Below, in pieces: positions 52,739 through 64,000 of a stretch of DNA of 64,000 nucleotides. The stretch covers positions 11,966,001 to 12,030,000 of the forward strand of contig NC_043022.1 of the NCBI RefSeq assembly GCF_006345805.1, in the 5' to 3' direction. The DNA comes from Octopus sinensis. Taxonomy: Eukaryota. Each line of letters opens with the position of its first letter. The first letter of the stretch is position 1. Made by a program: the position numbers and the translations under genes. The notes under the pieces are model-generated. The model did not search any database. It had not been told where the DNA came from and was given only the letters and a program-made list of their open reading frames with translations.

Positions 52739-53828
52739 AGGTATAACAATAACTTAAAGCAAGCAAAGGTGACTCTAGATGGTTACATCAACTGCTGAAA
52801 TAGCAGTTAAATTCCTCTCAGGTGACATCCTACAATCTTAAAAAGATCAGACACATAAAATGATGTACTCCTCAATATGCTATGCCTGATCGTAATATGG
52901 GATAGGCATGGTTGGGAGCTGATAATGTACTCCTAGGTAATGTACTCCCAGCATTTGAGCTCAATTCATTTGCTGCGTCTAAGTAAACAGCACACACACA
53001 CACACACACACGTGTTGTTCATCCTTCTCACTTCTGTTTTGTGCATTTTTTTTAAAATCAGGATTGACTAAACAAGAGCAGACACATTAGATAAATTAGT
53101 CCAAGATATACTATCTGAATAATAAATAGGATAGTTACAGCTGTGATGTTTTTGATGATAGGCATACTTTGTCAGGACTGACTAAACAACAGCAAGGTAG
53201 GACATATTTGAAAATGTACTGAGATACACTGTGTCAATAAAAAAAAAGATAAGACGATCACATCTGATCACAGGTCAGCTGGATTGTGACTGACCTGGAG
53301 TTAAAAGATAAATAACCATAGAAATTCGAAACTCACAAGGCACATAAAACAAATTAGACTTTGTATTGATTATGTAGTATTATGTGTGATTATCATGTAA
53401 TATTGACTGTGTAAAACGACTGGAGAAATATCAAATGTTTATGATAATAAGTCCAGGATGCTAAATCTCACACACACACACATACATAAAAAACTATCAC
53501 ACATATACATCTAAGTGCAGAGGCTAAATAGACACATGCGACAACACATTAGCAGTCTTGTACACAAAGGCACATGAAAGATATCTAGCACACACACAAA
53601 CATCTAAATAAACACTCGTTTATCTGTTCCGACTAATTAATATTCTCTTTCTCACACCCACACATGAATATGAGAATGAGTACACACACGTATACATACT
53701 TTCACACATGGAAATAAGCACATAGGTGTGAAACAAGGCAGAGAATATAGTTCTCTAACACCGAAAGTAGAGCAAGATATAATTCTATTAAAACTGAGAA
53801 GGATTTAACAAACTGTTACTCTGTACTC

Positions 53829-54204
53829 CGGAGGTGCAATGGCCCAGTGGTTAGGGCAGCGGACTCACGGTTTCGATTCCCAGACCGGGCGTTGTGAGTG
53901 TTTATTGAGCGAAAACACCTAAAGCTCCACGAGGCTCCGGCAGGGGATGGTGGTGATCCCTGCTGTACTCTTTCACCACAACTTTCTCTCACTCTTACTA
54001 CCTGTTTCTGTTGTACCTGTATTTCAAAGGGCCGGCCTTGTCACTCTTTGTGTCACTCTGAATATCCCCGAGAACTACGTTAAGGGTACACGTGTCTGTG
54101 GAGTGCTCAGCCACTTACACGTTAATTTCACGAGCAGGCTGTTCTGTTGATTCGGATCAACCGGAACCCTCGTCGTCGTAACCGACGGAGTGCTTCCATC
54201 CATC
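53829..54204 (+). mobile_element. tRNA-derived SINE, head 2 + tail X
   Basis: Same head as 41758 and same tail as 2396; TSD ACTCTGT(A/G)CTC. Confidence 0.85.
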
Positions 54205-54257
54205 ACTCTGTGCTCTATGTAACCACTGCGATAATACAGATTAACAGAGAAATTTCT

Positions 54258-54537
54258 TCAACAAAACTCCTTGTAACACCAAAGATGAACTGAAGGCAAG
54301 GATTATGGCAGCATTCACCAACTTAAACAAGGAGACCGTCCAGAAGAGTTGCAGGAGAATCTGAAGTCGTTTGGAGGCCATGGTTGAAGCCAATGGTGAT
54401 TTTATTGAATAAATTTACTGTTTAGTATTTCGAGATATTTTTATGTAATTTTGGTAAATATATCTGTTTAAATGAGATGTCAGTGTTATTTTCATTTTTG
54501 CATAATTTAGACGACAATATATTCACCACACCCTGTA
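54258..54537 (+). mobile_element. Tc1/mariner transposon right-end remnant
   Basis: NTKDELKARIMAAFTNLNKETVQKSCRRI*SRLEAMVEANGDFIE* is a transposase C-terminus; the element ends CACCCTG|TA. Confidence 0.8.
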
Positions 54538-54697
54538 TGTTTGTAAATGTGTGTGTGTGTAGATAGATAGATGGATAGATAGATAGATAGTTAGATAGGT
54601 AGATGGATAGATAAGTAGGTAGGTAGGTAGATAGATAGATGGATGGATGGATGGATAGATAGGTAGATAGATAAATAGACAGATAGATAGGCTCCAA

Positions 54698-55060
54698 TGC
54701 TGGTGGCACGTAAAAAGCACCATTCGAGTATGATTTTTACCAGCGTCGCCTTACTGGCACCTGTGCCAGTGGTATGTGGAAAACAACATTTGAGCAAGGG
54801 TGTTGCCAGTACAGGTGGCATGTAAAAAACATCATTTGAGCGTGGCTGTTGCCAATACTGCCTGACTGGCCCTCATGCCGGTGACACATAAAAGCACCCA
54901 CTACACTCTCGGAGTCGTTGGTGTTAGGAAGGGCATCCAGCTGTAGAAACTTTGCCAGATTAGATTGGAGCCTGGTGCAGCCATCTGGTTCGCCAGTCCC
55001 CAGTCAAACCGTCCAACCCATGCCAGCATGGAAAGCGAACATTAAACGATGATGATGATG
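54698..55060 (+). mobile_element. 5'-truncated RTE 3'UTR copy (family B variant)
   Basis: Homology to family B; (GAT)n tail. Confidence 0.8.
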
Positions 55061-55177
55061 ACATATGTTTGTGTGTGCATGTCTTTTTGTACTTGACCCC
55101 CAACCCCTGGCTGGTTTGTTTACATCCCTGTAACTTAACATTTAGGCAAAAGAGATGAATGGAATAAGCATCAGACT

Positions 55178-55649
55178 TTAACCCTTTCATTACTGTATTT
55201 AATTTGAGATGCTCTGTGTTTCTTTCAATGAATTTTAAATATAACAAAGAATTTAGTAAAATAACTTAGTTATCATTCAGCTAGTGTTAGGAACATAAAT
55301 TGTGACTAAAGTTTGGTGGAAGATTTTTATTCAAAACATATGGAAACAAGACATTTGTACTCAGAGCCAGAGCTGGTTTTGGCCGGGTTGGTAACGAAAG
55401 GGTTATGAATTGTTTCTCTATTATATATTTTAACCCTTTTGTTACCCTATTTCTGTTGAGATGCTCTGTGTTTCTTTCAATTACTTTAAATATAATAAAG
55501 AATTTAGTAAAATATCTTAGTTATCATTAAGCTAGTGTTAGGAACATAAATTGTGACTAAGGTTTGGTTAATTCAAAACTTATGGAAACAAGACATTTGT
55601 ACCTCAGAGCCAGAGCTGGTTTTGGCCGGGTTGGTAACGAAAGGGTTAA
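55178..55649. mobile_element. Two tandem piggyBac-type P1 MITEs inside a diverged family A SINE
   Basis: Copies at 55178-55405 and 55430-55649 with TTAACCCTTT...GAAAGGGTTA termini. Confidence 0.85.
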
Positions 55650-56164
55650 AATAAGTACTTGGGTCAATTTGTACGACTAAACCCTTCAAAGCAGTGCCGC
55701 AGGATTGCTTCAGTCTAATGACCGAAGCAAGTAAAAGATAACCGATATGATCATTACTTTTGTTGATGGAGGTGAGATAACAAATCTTCTGGTACTTGGG
55801 TAGATAACTTCGTGGAAGTCTGTGTCATTGAGTGGACTATCAGTCAGATTCATTAGCTGATGTAACCTTAGAGTCTTCAATTACCTTTTAATGACCAATT
55901 AGTTTCATTCTTCAAATACACACACATATTAAAGCAAGAGATCTTTTGTTTTGATATGTAATCACTCTGAAAAAACTATTTTCCAGTATTTTTCAACCCT
56001 TATGAATACTTCATATAGCATCTACATACAATTTTCAAGTACTTGAATATGCAGATGTACTTCAAGAGAGAACAGCTTGGATAGTGTTATAACACTATCT
56101 ACATACTGTCTTTGCTTCTCTTTATATATAAAAAATTAGAATGACAAATGAATAAATAAACGTA

Positions 56165-56755
56165 GGCATAGGAGTGGCTGTGTGGTATGTAGCTTGCTTA
56201 CCAACCATATGGTTCCAGGTTCAGTCCCACTGCATGGCACCTTGGGCAAGTGTCTTCTACTATAGCCTCGGGCCAACCAAAGCCTTGTGAGTGGATTTGG
56301 TAGACAGAAAATGAAAGAAGCCCGTCTTATATATGTATAAATATATATATATATGCATGCATATAAATATATATACATCATCATCGTTTAACGTCCGCTT
56401 TCCATGCTAGCATGGGTTGGACGGTTCAACTGGGGTCTGGGAAGCCCGAAGGCTGCACCAGGCCAGTCAGATCTGGCAGTGTTTCTACAGCTGGATGCCC
56501 TTCCTAAGGGCATCCATATAAATATATATATTTATAGGTGTGTGTATAATGTTTGTGTGTCTGTGTTTGCCTCCCCAACATTGCTTGACAACTGATGCTG
56601 GTGTGTTTGTGTCCCAGTAACTTAGCGGTTCGCCAAAAGAGAACGATAGAGTAAGTACTAGGCTTACAAAGAATAAGTCCTGGGGGTCGATTTGCTCGAC
56701 TAAAGGCGGTGCTCCAGCATGGCCACAGTCACACGACTGAAACAAGTGAAAGAGT
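56165..56755 (+). mobile_element. SINE family A with nested family B tail (56377-56508)
   Basis: Homology to both families. Confidence 0.85.
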
Positions 56756-57021
56756 AAACAATTATGTTCTGAACTTCATTAGCTTACAGCCATTTCTACC
56801 ATAAGATGTAATGAATTCATAATTAAATGCTTGTGAATCACTTTATACCTTAATTGGAGCTTTATGTTTCTCATTACTGCTCTGATGTTTCATTCTGAAG
56901 TGCGTCTATATTGAATTCTGATGCCAGGTTATTAGTATTGCTCAGCCTAAGAGAAATATCTTATCTATATATATTTATATTTATATCTATCTATGAATGT
57001 TGTACTTGGGGATTTTTTTTT

Positions 57022-57212
57022 CTCTTACTTGTTTCAGTCATTTGACTGCGGCCATGCTGGAGCACCGCCTTTAGTCAAGCAAATCAACCCCGGGACTTAT
57101 TCTTTGTAAGCCTAGTACTTATCTATCGGTCTCTTTTTGCTGAACTGCTAAGTTACGGGGATGTAAACACACCAGCATCGGTTGTCAAGCAATGCTAGGG
57201 GGACAAACACAG

Positions 57213-57243
<31 letters not shown>

Positions 57244-57402
57244 CGACAGGCTTCTTTCAGTTTCTGTCTACCAAATCCACTCACAAGGCATTGGTCGGCC
57301 CGGGGCTATAGCAAAAGACACTTGCCCAAGGTGCCACGCAGTGGAAGTGAACCCGGAACCATGTGGTTGGTAAGCAAGCTACTTACCACACAGCCACTCC
57401 TG
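57022..57402 (-). mobile_element. SINE family A
   Basis: Homology to family A. Confidence 0.85.
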
Positions 57403-57491
57403 TGGTCATTTTTTTTTTGGCCAATTAAACCCATGCACTGTTTATTTGATCTTCACTTTAGTTTTTATTTGTATTATTTTCAGTTTGTACA

Positions 57492-57710
57492 AGGCACCGA
57501 GCTGGCAGAATTGCTAGCAGGCTGGATGGAATGCTTCGGAGTATTTCACCTGTTGCTATGTTCTGAGTTCAAGTTCTGCCGAGGTTGACTCCACCTTTCA
57601 TCCTTTCATGGTCAACAAAATAATTACTAGTTGAAAACTGGGGCCGAGGTAATCGATTCATCCCCTCCCTCAAAATTGCTGCCCTTGTGGCAAAATTTGA
57701 AACCATTATT
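57492..57710 (+). mobile_element. SINE family C variant
   Basis: Family C head and core. Confidence 0.75.
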
Positions 57711-58267
57711 GTTAGGTTACACATCCGTCAAAGTTCTTTCATCACACATTCTGTGACCTTGTCCTATGTGTCTCCTCTTGTCCTGCTTAATCCATTCTGT
57801 CCTGAGGTCACAGAGTGTGTGACAAAAGAACTTTGACATATGTATAAACTAAAAACACAAATAAAAAAAAATAAAGAGAAAATTGAATAAATAGTGTGTA
57901 TATTTTGAACCTGGGTTCTCATTCCTAAAGTATTTTTCAACGTTATTATTATTATTATTATTCAGGTCACTACCTGAATAATAACAACAACAACAACATC
58001 AAAAAATACCTTAGGAATGAGAACCCAGGTTCGAAATTTCCCGAAAGACACCTGAAGAAGGGTGGAGGGTATATCGCCAAAATGTGTTAACAACAAACAA
58101 GATGAGGACAAATGTCCGTCAAATATAAATAACCATCATTTAATGTCCATTTTTCATGCTGGAATGGGTTAAACAGTCTGATGGGAGTTGGTGAGGGTGG
58201 GGGTCACACTAGGCTCCATTGTCCTCCTAACACCAACCACTTTACAGAGTGTAATGGGTGCTGTTTA

Positions 58268-61200
58268 CATGGCACCATCACCATTGCTTTTTATGTGGCA
58301 CCATCACCTGTGCTTTTAATGTGGCACCATCACCTGTGCTTTTAATGTGGCACCATCACCTGTGCTTTTAATGTGGCACCATCACCTGTGCTTTTAATGT
58401 GGCACCATCACCATTGCTTTTTATGTGGCACCATCACCTGTGCTTTTAATGTGGCACCATCACCTGTGCTTTTAATGTGGCACCATCACCTGTGCTTTTA
58501 ATGTGGCACCATCACCATTGCTTTTTATGTGGCACCATCACCTGTGCTTTTAATGTGGCACCATCACCTGTGCTTTTAATGTGGCACCATCACCTGTGCT
58601 TTTAATGTGGCACCATCACCTGTGCTTTTAATGTGGCACCATCACCTGTGCTTTTAATGTGGCACCATCACCTGTGCTTTTAATGTGGCACCATCACCTG
58701 TGCTTTTAATGTGGCACCATCACCTGTGCTTTTAATGTGGCACCATCACCTGTGCTTTTAATGTGGCACCATCACCATGCTTTTTATGTGGCCACATCAC
58801 CTGTGCTTTTAATGTGGCACCATCACCTGTGCTTTTAATGTGGCACCATCACCTGTGCTTTTAATGTGGCACCATCACCTGTGCTTTTAATGTGGCACCA
58901 TCACCTGTGCTTTAATGTGGCACCATCACCTGTGCTTTTTATGTGGCACCATCACCTGTGCTTTTAATGTGGCACCATCACCTGTGCTTTTAATGTGGAC
59001 CATCACCTGTGCTTTTAATGTGGCACCATCACCTGTGCTTTTAATGTGGCACCATCACCTGTGCTTTTAATGTGGCACCATCACCTTGCTTTTAATGTGG
59101 CACCATCACCTGTGCTTTTAATGTGGGACCATCACCTGTGCTTTTAATGTGGCACCATCACCTGTGCTTTAATGTGGCACCATCACCATTGCTTTTTATG
59201 TGGCACCATCACCTGTGCTTTTAATGTGGCACCATCACCTGTGCTTTTAATGTGGCACCATCACCTGTGCTTTTAATGTGGCACCATCACCTGTGCTTTT
59301 AATGTGGGACCATCACCTGTGCTTTTAATGTGGCACCATCACCTGTGCTTTTAATGTGGCACCATCACCTGTGCTTTTAATGTGGCACCATCACCTGTGC
59401 TTTTAATGTGGCACCATCACCTGTGCTTTTAATGTGGGACCATCACCTGTGCTTTAATGTGGCACCATCACCTGTGCTTTTAATGTGGCACCATCACCAT
59501 TGCTTTTTATGTGGCACCATCACCTGTGCTTTTAATGTGGCACCATCACCTGTGTTTAATGTGGCACCATCACCTGTGCTTTTAATGTGGCACCATCACC
59601 TGTGCTTTTAATGTGGCACCATCACCTGTGCTTTTAATGTGGCACCATCACCTGTGCTTTTAATGTGGCACCATCACCTGTGCTTTTAATGTGGCACCAT
59701 CACCTGTGCTTTTAATGTGGGACCATCACCTGTGCTTTTAATGTGGCACCATCAACTGTGCTTTTATGTGGGACCATCACCTGTGCTTTTAATGTGGCAC
59801 CATCACCTGTGCTTTAATGTGGCACCATCACCATTGCTTTTTATGTGGCACCATCACCTGTGCTTTTAATGTGGCACCATCACCTGTGCTTTTAATGTGG
59901 CACCATCACCTGTGCTTTTAATGTGGCACCATCACCTGTGCTTTAATGTGGCACCATCACCTGTGCTTTTAATGTGGCACCATCACCTGTGCTTTTTATG
60001 TGGCACCATCACCTGTGCTTTAATGTGGCACCATCACCTGTGTTTAATGTGGGCCATCACCTGTGCTTTTAATGTGGCACCATCACCTGTGCTTTTAATG
60101 TGGCACCATCACCTGTGCTTTTAATGTGGCACCATCACCTGTGCTTTTAATGTGGCACCATCACCTGTGCTTTTAATGTGGGACCATCACCTGTGCTTTT
60201 AATGTGGCACCATCACCTGTGCTTTTAATGTGGCACCATCACCATTGCTTTTAATGTGGCACCATCACCTGTGCTTTTAATGTGGCACCATCACCTGTGC
60301 TTTTAATGTGGCACCATCACCTGTGCTTTTAATGTGGCACCATCACCTGTGCTTTTAATGTGGGACCATCACCTGTGCTTTTAATGTGGCACCATCACCT
60401 GTGCTTTTAATGTGGCACCATCACCTGTGCTTTTAATGTGGCACCATCACCTGTGCTTTTAATGTGGCACCATCACCTGTGCTTTTAATGTGGGACCATC
60501 ACCTGTGCTTTTAATGTGGCACCATCACCTGTGCTTTTAATGTGGCACCATCACCATTGCTTTTTATGTGGCACCATCACCTGTGCTTTTAATGTGGCAC
60601 CATCACCTGTGCTTTTAATGTGGCACCATCACCTGTGCTTTTAATGTGGCACCATCACCTGTGCTTTTAATGTGGCACCATCACCTGTGCTTTTAATGTG
60701 GACCATCACCTGTGCTTTTAATGTGGCACCATCACCTGTGCTTTTAATGTGGCACCATCACCTGTGCTTTTAATGTGGCACCATCACCTGTGCTTTTAAT
60801 GTGGCACCATCACCTGTGCTTTTAATGTGGACCATCACCTGTGCTTTTAATGTGGCACCATCACCACCTGTGCTTTAATGTGGACCATCACCATTGCTTT
60901 TATGTGGCACCATCACCTGTGCTTTTAATGTGGCACCATCACCTGTGCTTTTAATGTGGCACCATCACCTGTGCTTTTAATGTGGCACCATCACCTGTGC
61001 TTTTAATGTGGCACCATCACCTGTGCTTTTAATGTGGCACCATCACCTGTGCTTTTAATGTGGCACCATCACCTGTGCTTTTAATGTGGCACCATCACCT
61101 GTGCTTTTTATGTGGCACCATCACCTGTGCTTTTAATGTGGCACCATCACCTGTGCTTTTAATGTGGGACCATCACCTGTGCTTTTAATGTGGCACCATC

Positions 61201-64000
61201 ACCTGTGCTTTTAATGTGGCACCATCACCTGTGCTTTTAATGTGGCACCATCACCTGTGCTTTTAATGTGGCACCATCACCTGTGCTTTTAATGTGGCAC
61301 CATCACCTGTGCTTTTAATGTGGCACCATCACCTGTGCTTTTAATGTGGCACCATCACCTGTGCTTTTAATGTGGCACCATCACCTGTGCTTTTAATGTG
61401 GCACCATCACCTGTGCTTTTAATGTGGCACCATCACCTGTGCTTTTAATGTGGCACCATCACCTGTGCTTTTAATGTGGCACCATCACCTGTGCTTTTAA
61501 TGTGGCACCATCACCTGTGCTTTTTATGTGGCACCATCACCTGTGCTTTTAATGTGGCACCATCACCTGTGCTTTTAATGTGGGACCATCACCTGCGCTT
61601 TTAATGTGGCACCATCACCTGTGCTTTTAATGTGGCACCATCACCTGTGCTTTTAATGTGGCACCATCACCTGTGCTTTTAATGTGGCACCATCACCTGT
61701 GCTTTTAATGTGGGACCATCACCTGTGCTTTTAATGTGGCACCATCACCTGTGCTTTTAATGTGGCACCATCACCATTGCTTTTTATGTGGCACCATCAC
61801 CTGTGCTTTTTATGTGGCACCATCACCTGTGCTTTTAATGTGGCACCATCACCTGTGCTTTTAATGTGGCACCATCACCTGTGCTTTTAATGTGGCACCA
61901 TCACCTGTGCTTTTAATGTGGGACCATCACCTGTGCTTTTAATGTGGCACCATCACCTGTGCTTTTATGTGGCACCATCACCTGTGCTTTTAATGTGGCA
62001 CCATCACCTGTGCTTTTTATGTGGCACCATCACCTGTGCTTTAATGTGGCACCATCACCTGTGCTTTTAATGTGGACCATCACCTGTGCTTTTAATGTGG
62101 CACCATCACCTGTGCTTTTAATGTGGCACCATCACCTGTGCTTTTAATGTGGCACCATCACCTGTGCTTTTAATGTGGCACCATCACCTGTGCTTTTAAT
62201 GTGGCACCATCACCTGTGCTTTTAATGTGGCACCATCACCTGTGCTTTTAATGTGGGACCATCACCTGTGCTTTTAATGTGGCACCATCACCTGTGCTTT
62301 TAATGTGGCACCATCACCTGTGCTTTAATGTGGCACCATCACCTGTGCTTTTAATGTGGCACCATCACCTGTGCTTTTAATGTGGCACCATCACCTGTGC
62401 TTTAATGTGGCACCATCACCTGTGCTTTTTATGTGGCACCATCACCTGTGCTTTTAATGTGGCACCATCACCGTGCTTTTAATGTGGGACCATCACCTGT
62501 GCTTTAATGTGGCACCATCACCTGTGCTTTTATGTGGCACCATCACCTGTGCTTTTAATGTGGCACCATCACCTGTGCTTTTAATGTGGCACCATCACCT
62601 GTGCTTTTAATGTGGGACCATCACCTGTGCTTTTAATGTGGCACCATCACCTGTGCTTTTAATGTGGCACCATCACCATTGCTTTTTATGTGGCACCATC
62701 ACCTGTGCTTTTAATGTGGCACATCACCTGTGCTTTTAATGTGGCACCATCACCTGTGCTTTTAATGTGGCACCATCACCTGTGCTTTTAATGTGGCACC
62801 ATCACCTGTGCTTTTAATGTGGGACCATCACCTGTGCTTTTAATGTGGACCATCACCTGTGCTTTTAATGTGGCACCATCACCTGTGCTTTTAATGTGGG
62901 ACATCACCTGTGCGCTTTAATGTGGCACCATCACCTGTGCTTTTAATGTGGCACCATCACCATTGCTTTTTATGTGGCACCATCACTGTGCTTTTAATGT
63001 GGCACCATCACCTGTGCTTTAATGTGGCACCATCACCTGTGCTTTTAATGTGGCACCATCACCTGTGCTTAATGTGGCACCATCACCTGTGCTTTTAATG
63101 TGGGACCATCACCTGTGCTTTTAATGTGGCACCATCACCTGTGCTTTTAATGTGGGACCATCACCTGTGCTTTTAATGTGGCACCATCACCTGTGCTTTT
63201 ATTTTTTTTTTTTTTTTTTTTTCACATTTTTTTTTTGTGTTTACCATTCACCTTTGCTTTTATGTGGCACCATCACCATTGCTTTTATGTGGCACCATCA
63301 CCTGTGCTTTTAATGTGGCACCATCACCTGTGCTTTAATGTGGCACCATCACCTGTGCTTTTAATGTGGCACCATCACCTGTGCTTTTTATGTGGCACAT
63401 CACCTGTGCTTTTAATGTGGCACCATCACCTGTGCTTTTTATGTGGCACCATCACCTGTGCTTTTAATGTGGCACCATCACCTGTGCTTTTAATGTGGGA
63501 CCATCACCTGTGCTTTAATGTGGCACCATCACCTGTGCTTTTAATGTGGCACCATCACCTGTGCTTTAATGTGGGCACCATCACCTGTGCTTTTAATGTG
63601 GCACCATCACCTGTGCTTTTAATGTGGGACCATCACCTGTGCTTTTAATGTGGCACCATCACCTGTGCTTTTAATGTGGCACATCACCATTGCTTTTTAT
63701 GTGGCACCATCACCTGTGCTTTTAATGTGGCACCATCACCTGTGCTTTTAATGTGGCACCATCACCTGTGCTTTTAATGTGGCACCATCACCTGTGCTTT
63801 TAATGTGGGACCATCACCTGTGCTTTTAATGTGGCACCATCACCTGTGCTTTTAATGTGGCACCATCACCTGTGCTTTTATGTGGCACCATCACCTGTGC
63901 TTTTAATGTGGCACCATCACTGTGCTTTTAATGTGGGACCATCACCTGTGCTTTTAATGTGGCACCATCACCTGTGCTTTTAATGTGGCACCATCACCAT
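58268..64000. repeat. 26-bp satellite (GTGGCACCATCACCTGTGCTTTTAAT)n, >5.7 kb, running off the window end
   Basis: Roughly 220 units by length; recurrent CCATTGCTTTTT and GTGGGACC variants. Confidence 0.98.

Noticed and set aside
63200-63255. Poly-T interruption as a retro-insertion
   Set aside because: No TSD or element body; it looks like degraded units or a low-quality consensus.
58268-64000. 26-bp array as a CRISPR array or coding repeat
   Set aside because: No unique spacers, eukaryotic context, and the ORFs are frameshifting by-products of a 26-bp unit.

Overview
AT-rich, repeat-dominated animal genomic DNA. The SINE/LINE repertoire and microsatellite load look like a coleoid cephalopod, probably Octopus (inference from recognition, not a search). 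The only host gene I can support is an SH3BGRL3-like thioredoxin-fold gene on the minus strand. Its 45-nt coding exon 1 (29554-29598, not called as such by the ORF track) splices in phase 0 across a ~28.8-kb intron to exon 2 (596-763); the last exon lies left of the window. The rest is tRNA-derived SINEs (including a 2x2 head/tail modular set and Nin/Deu-type SINEs), 3' fragments of RTE, CR1 and Tx1/L1 LINEs, piggyBac-type MITEs, a non-autonomous Helitron, a Tc1/mariner remnant, microsatellites and three tandem arrays (~370 bp, ~155 bp, and a >5.7-kb 26-bp satellite growing out of an RTE 3'UTR). Most notable: (TA)n-embedded inserts with covarying minimal hammerhead-ribozyme-like motifs and fold-back palindromes, SINE-into-SINE antisense insertion at one site with a candidate Tx1 partner LINE, and a pre-miRNA-like hairpin. 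Repeat boundaries were read by eye and are approximate.
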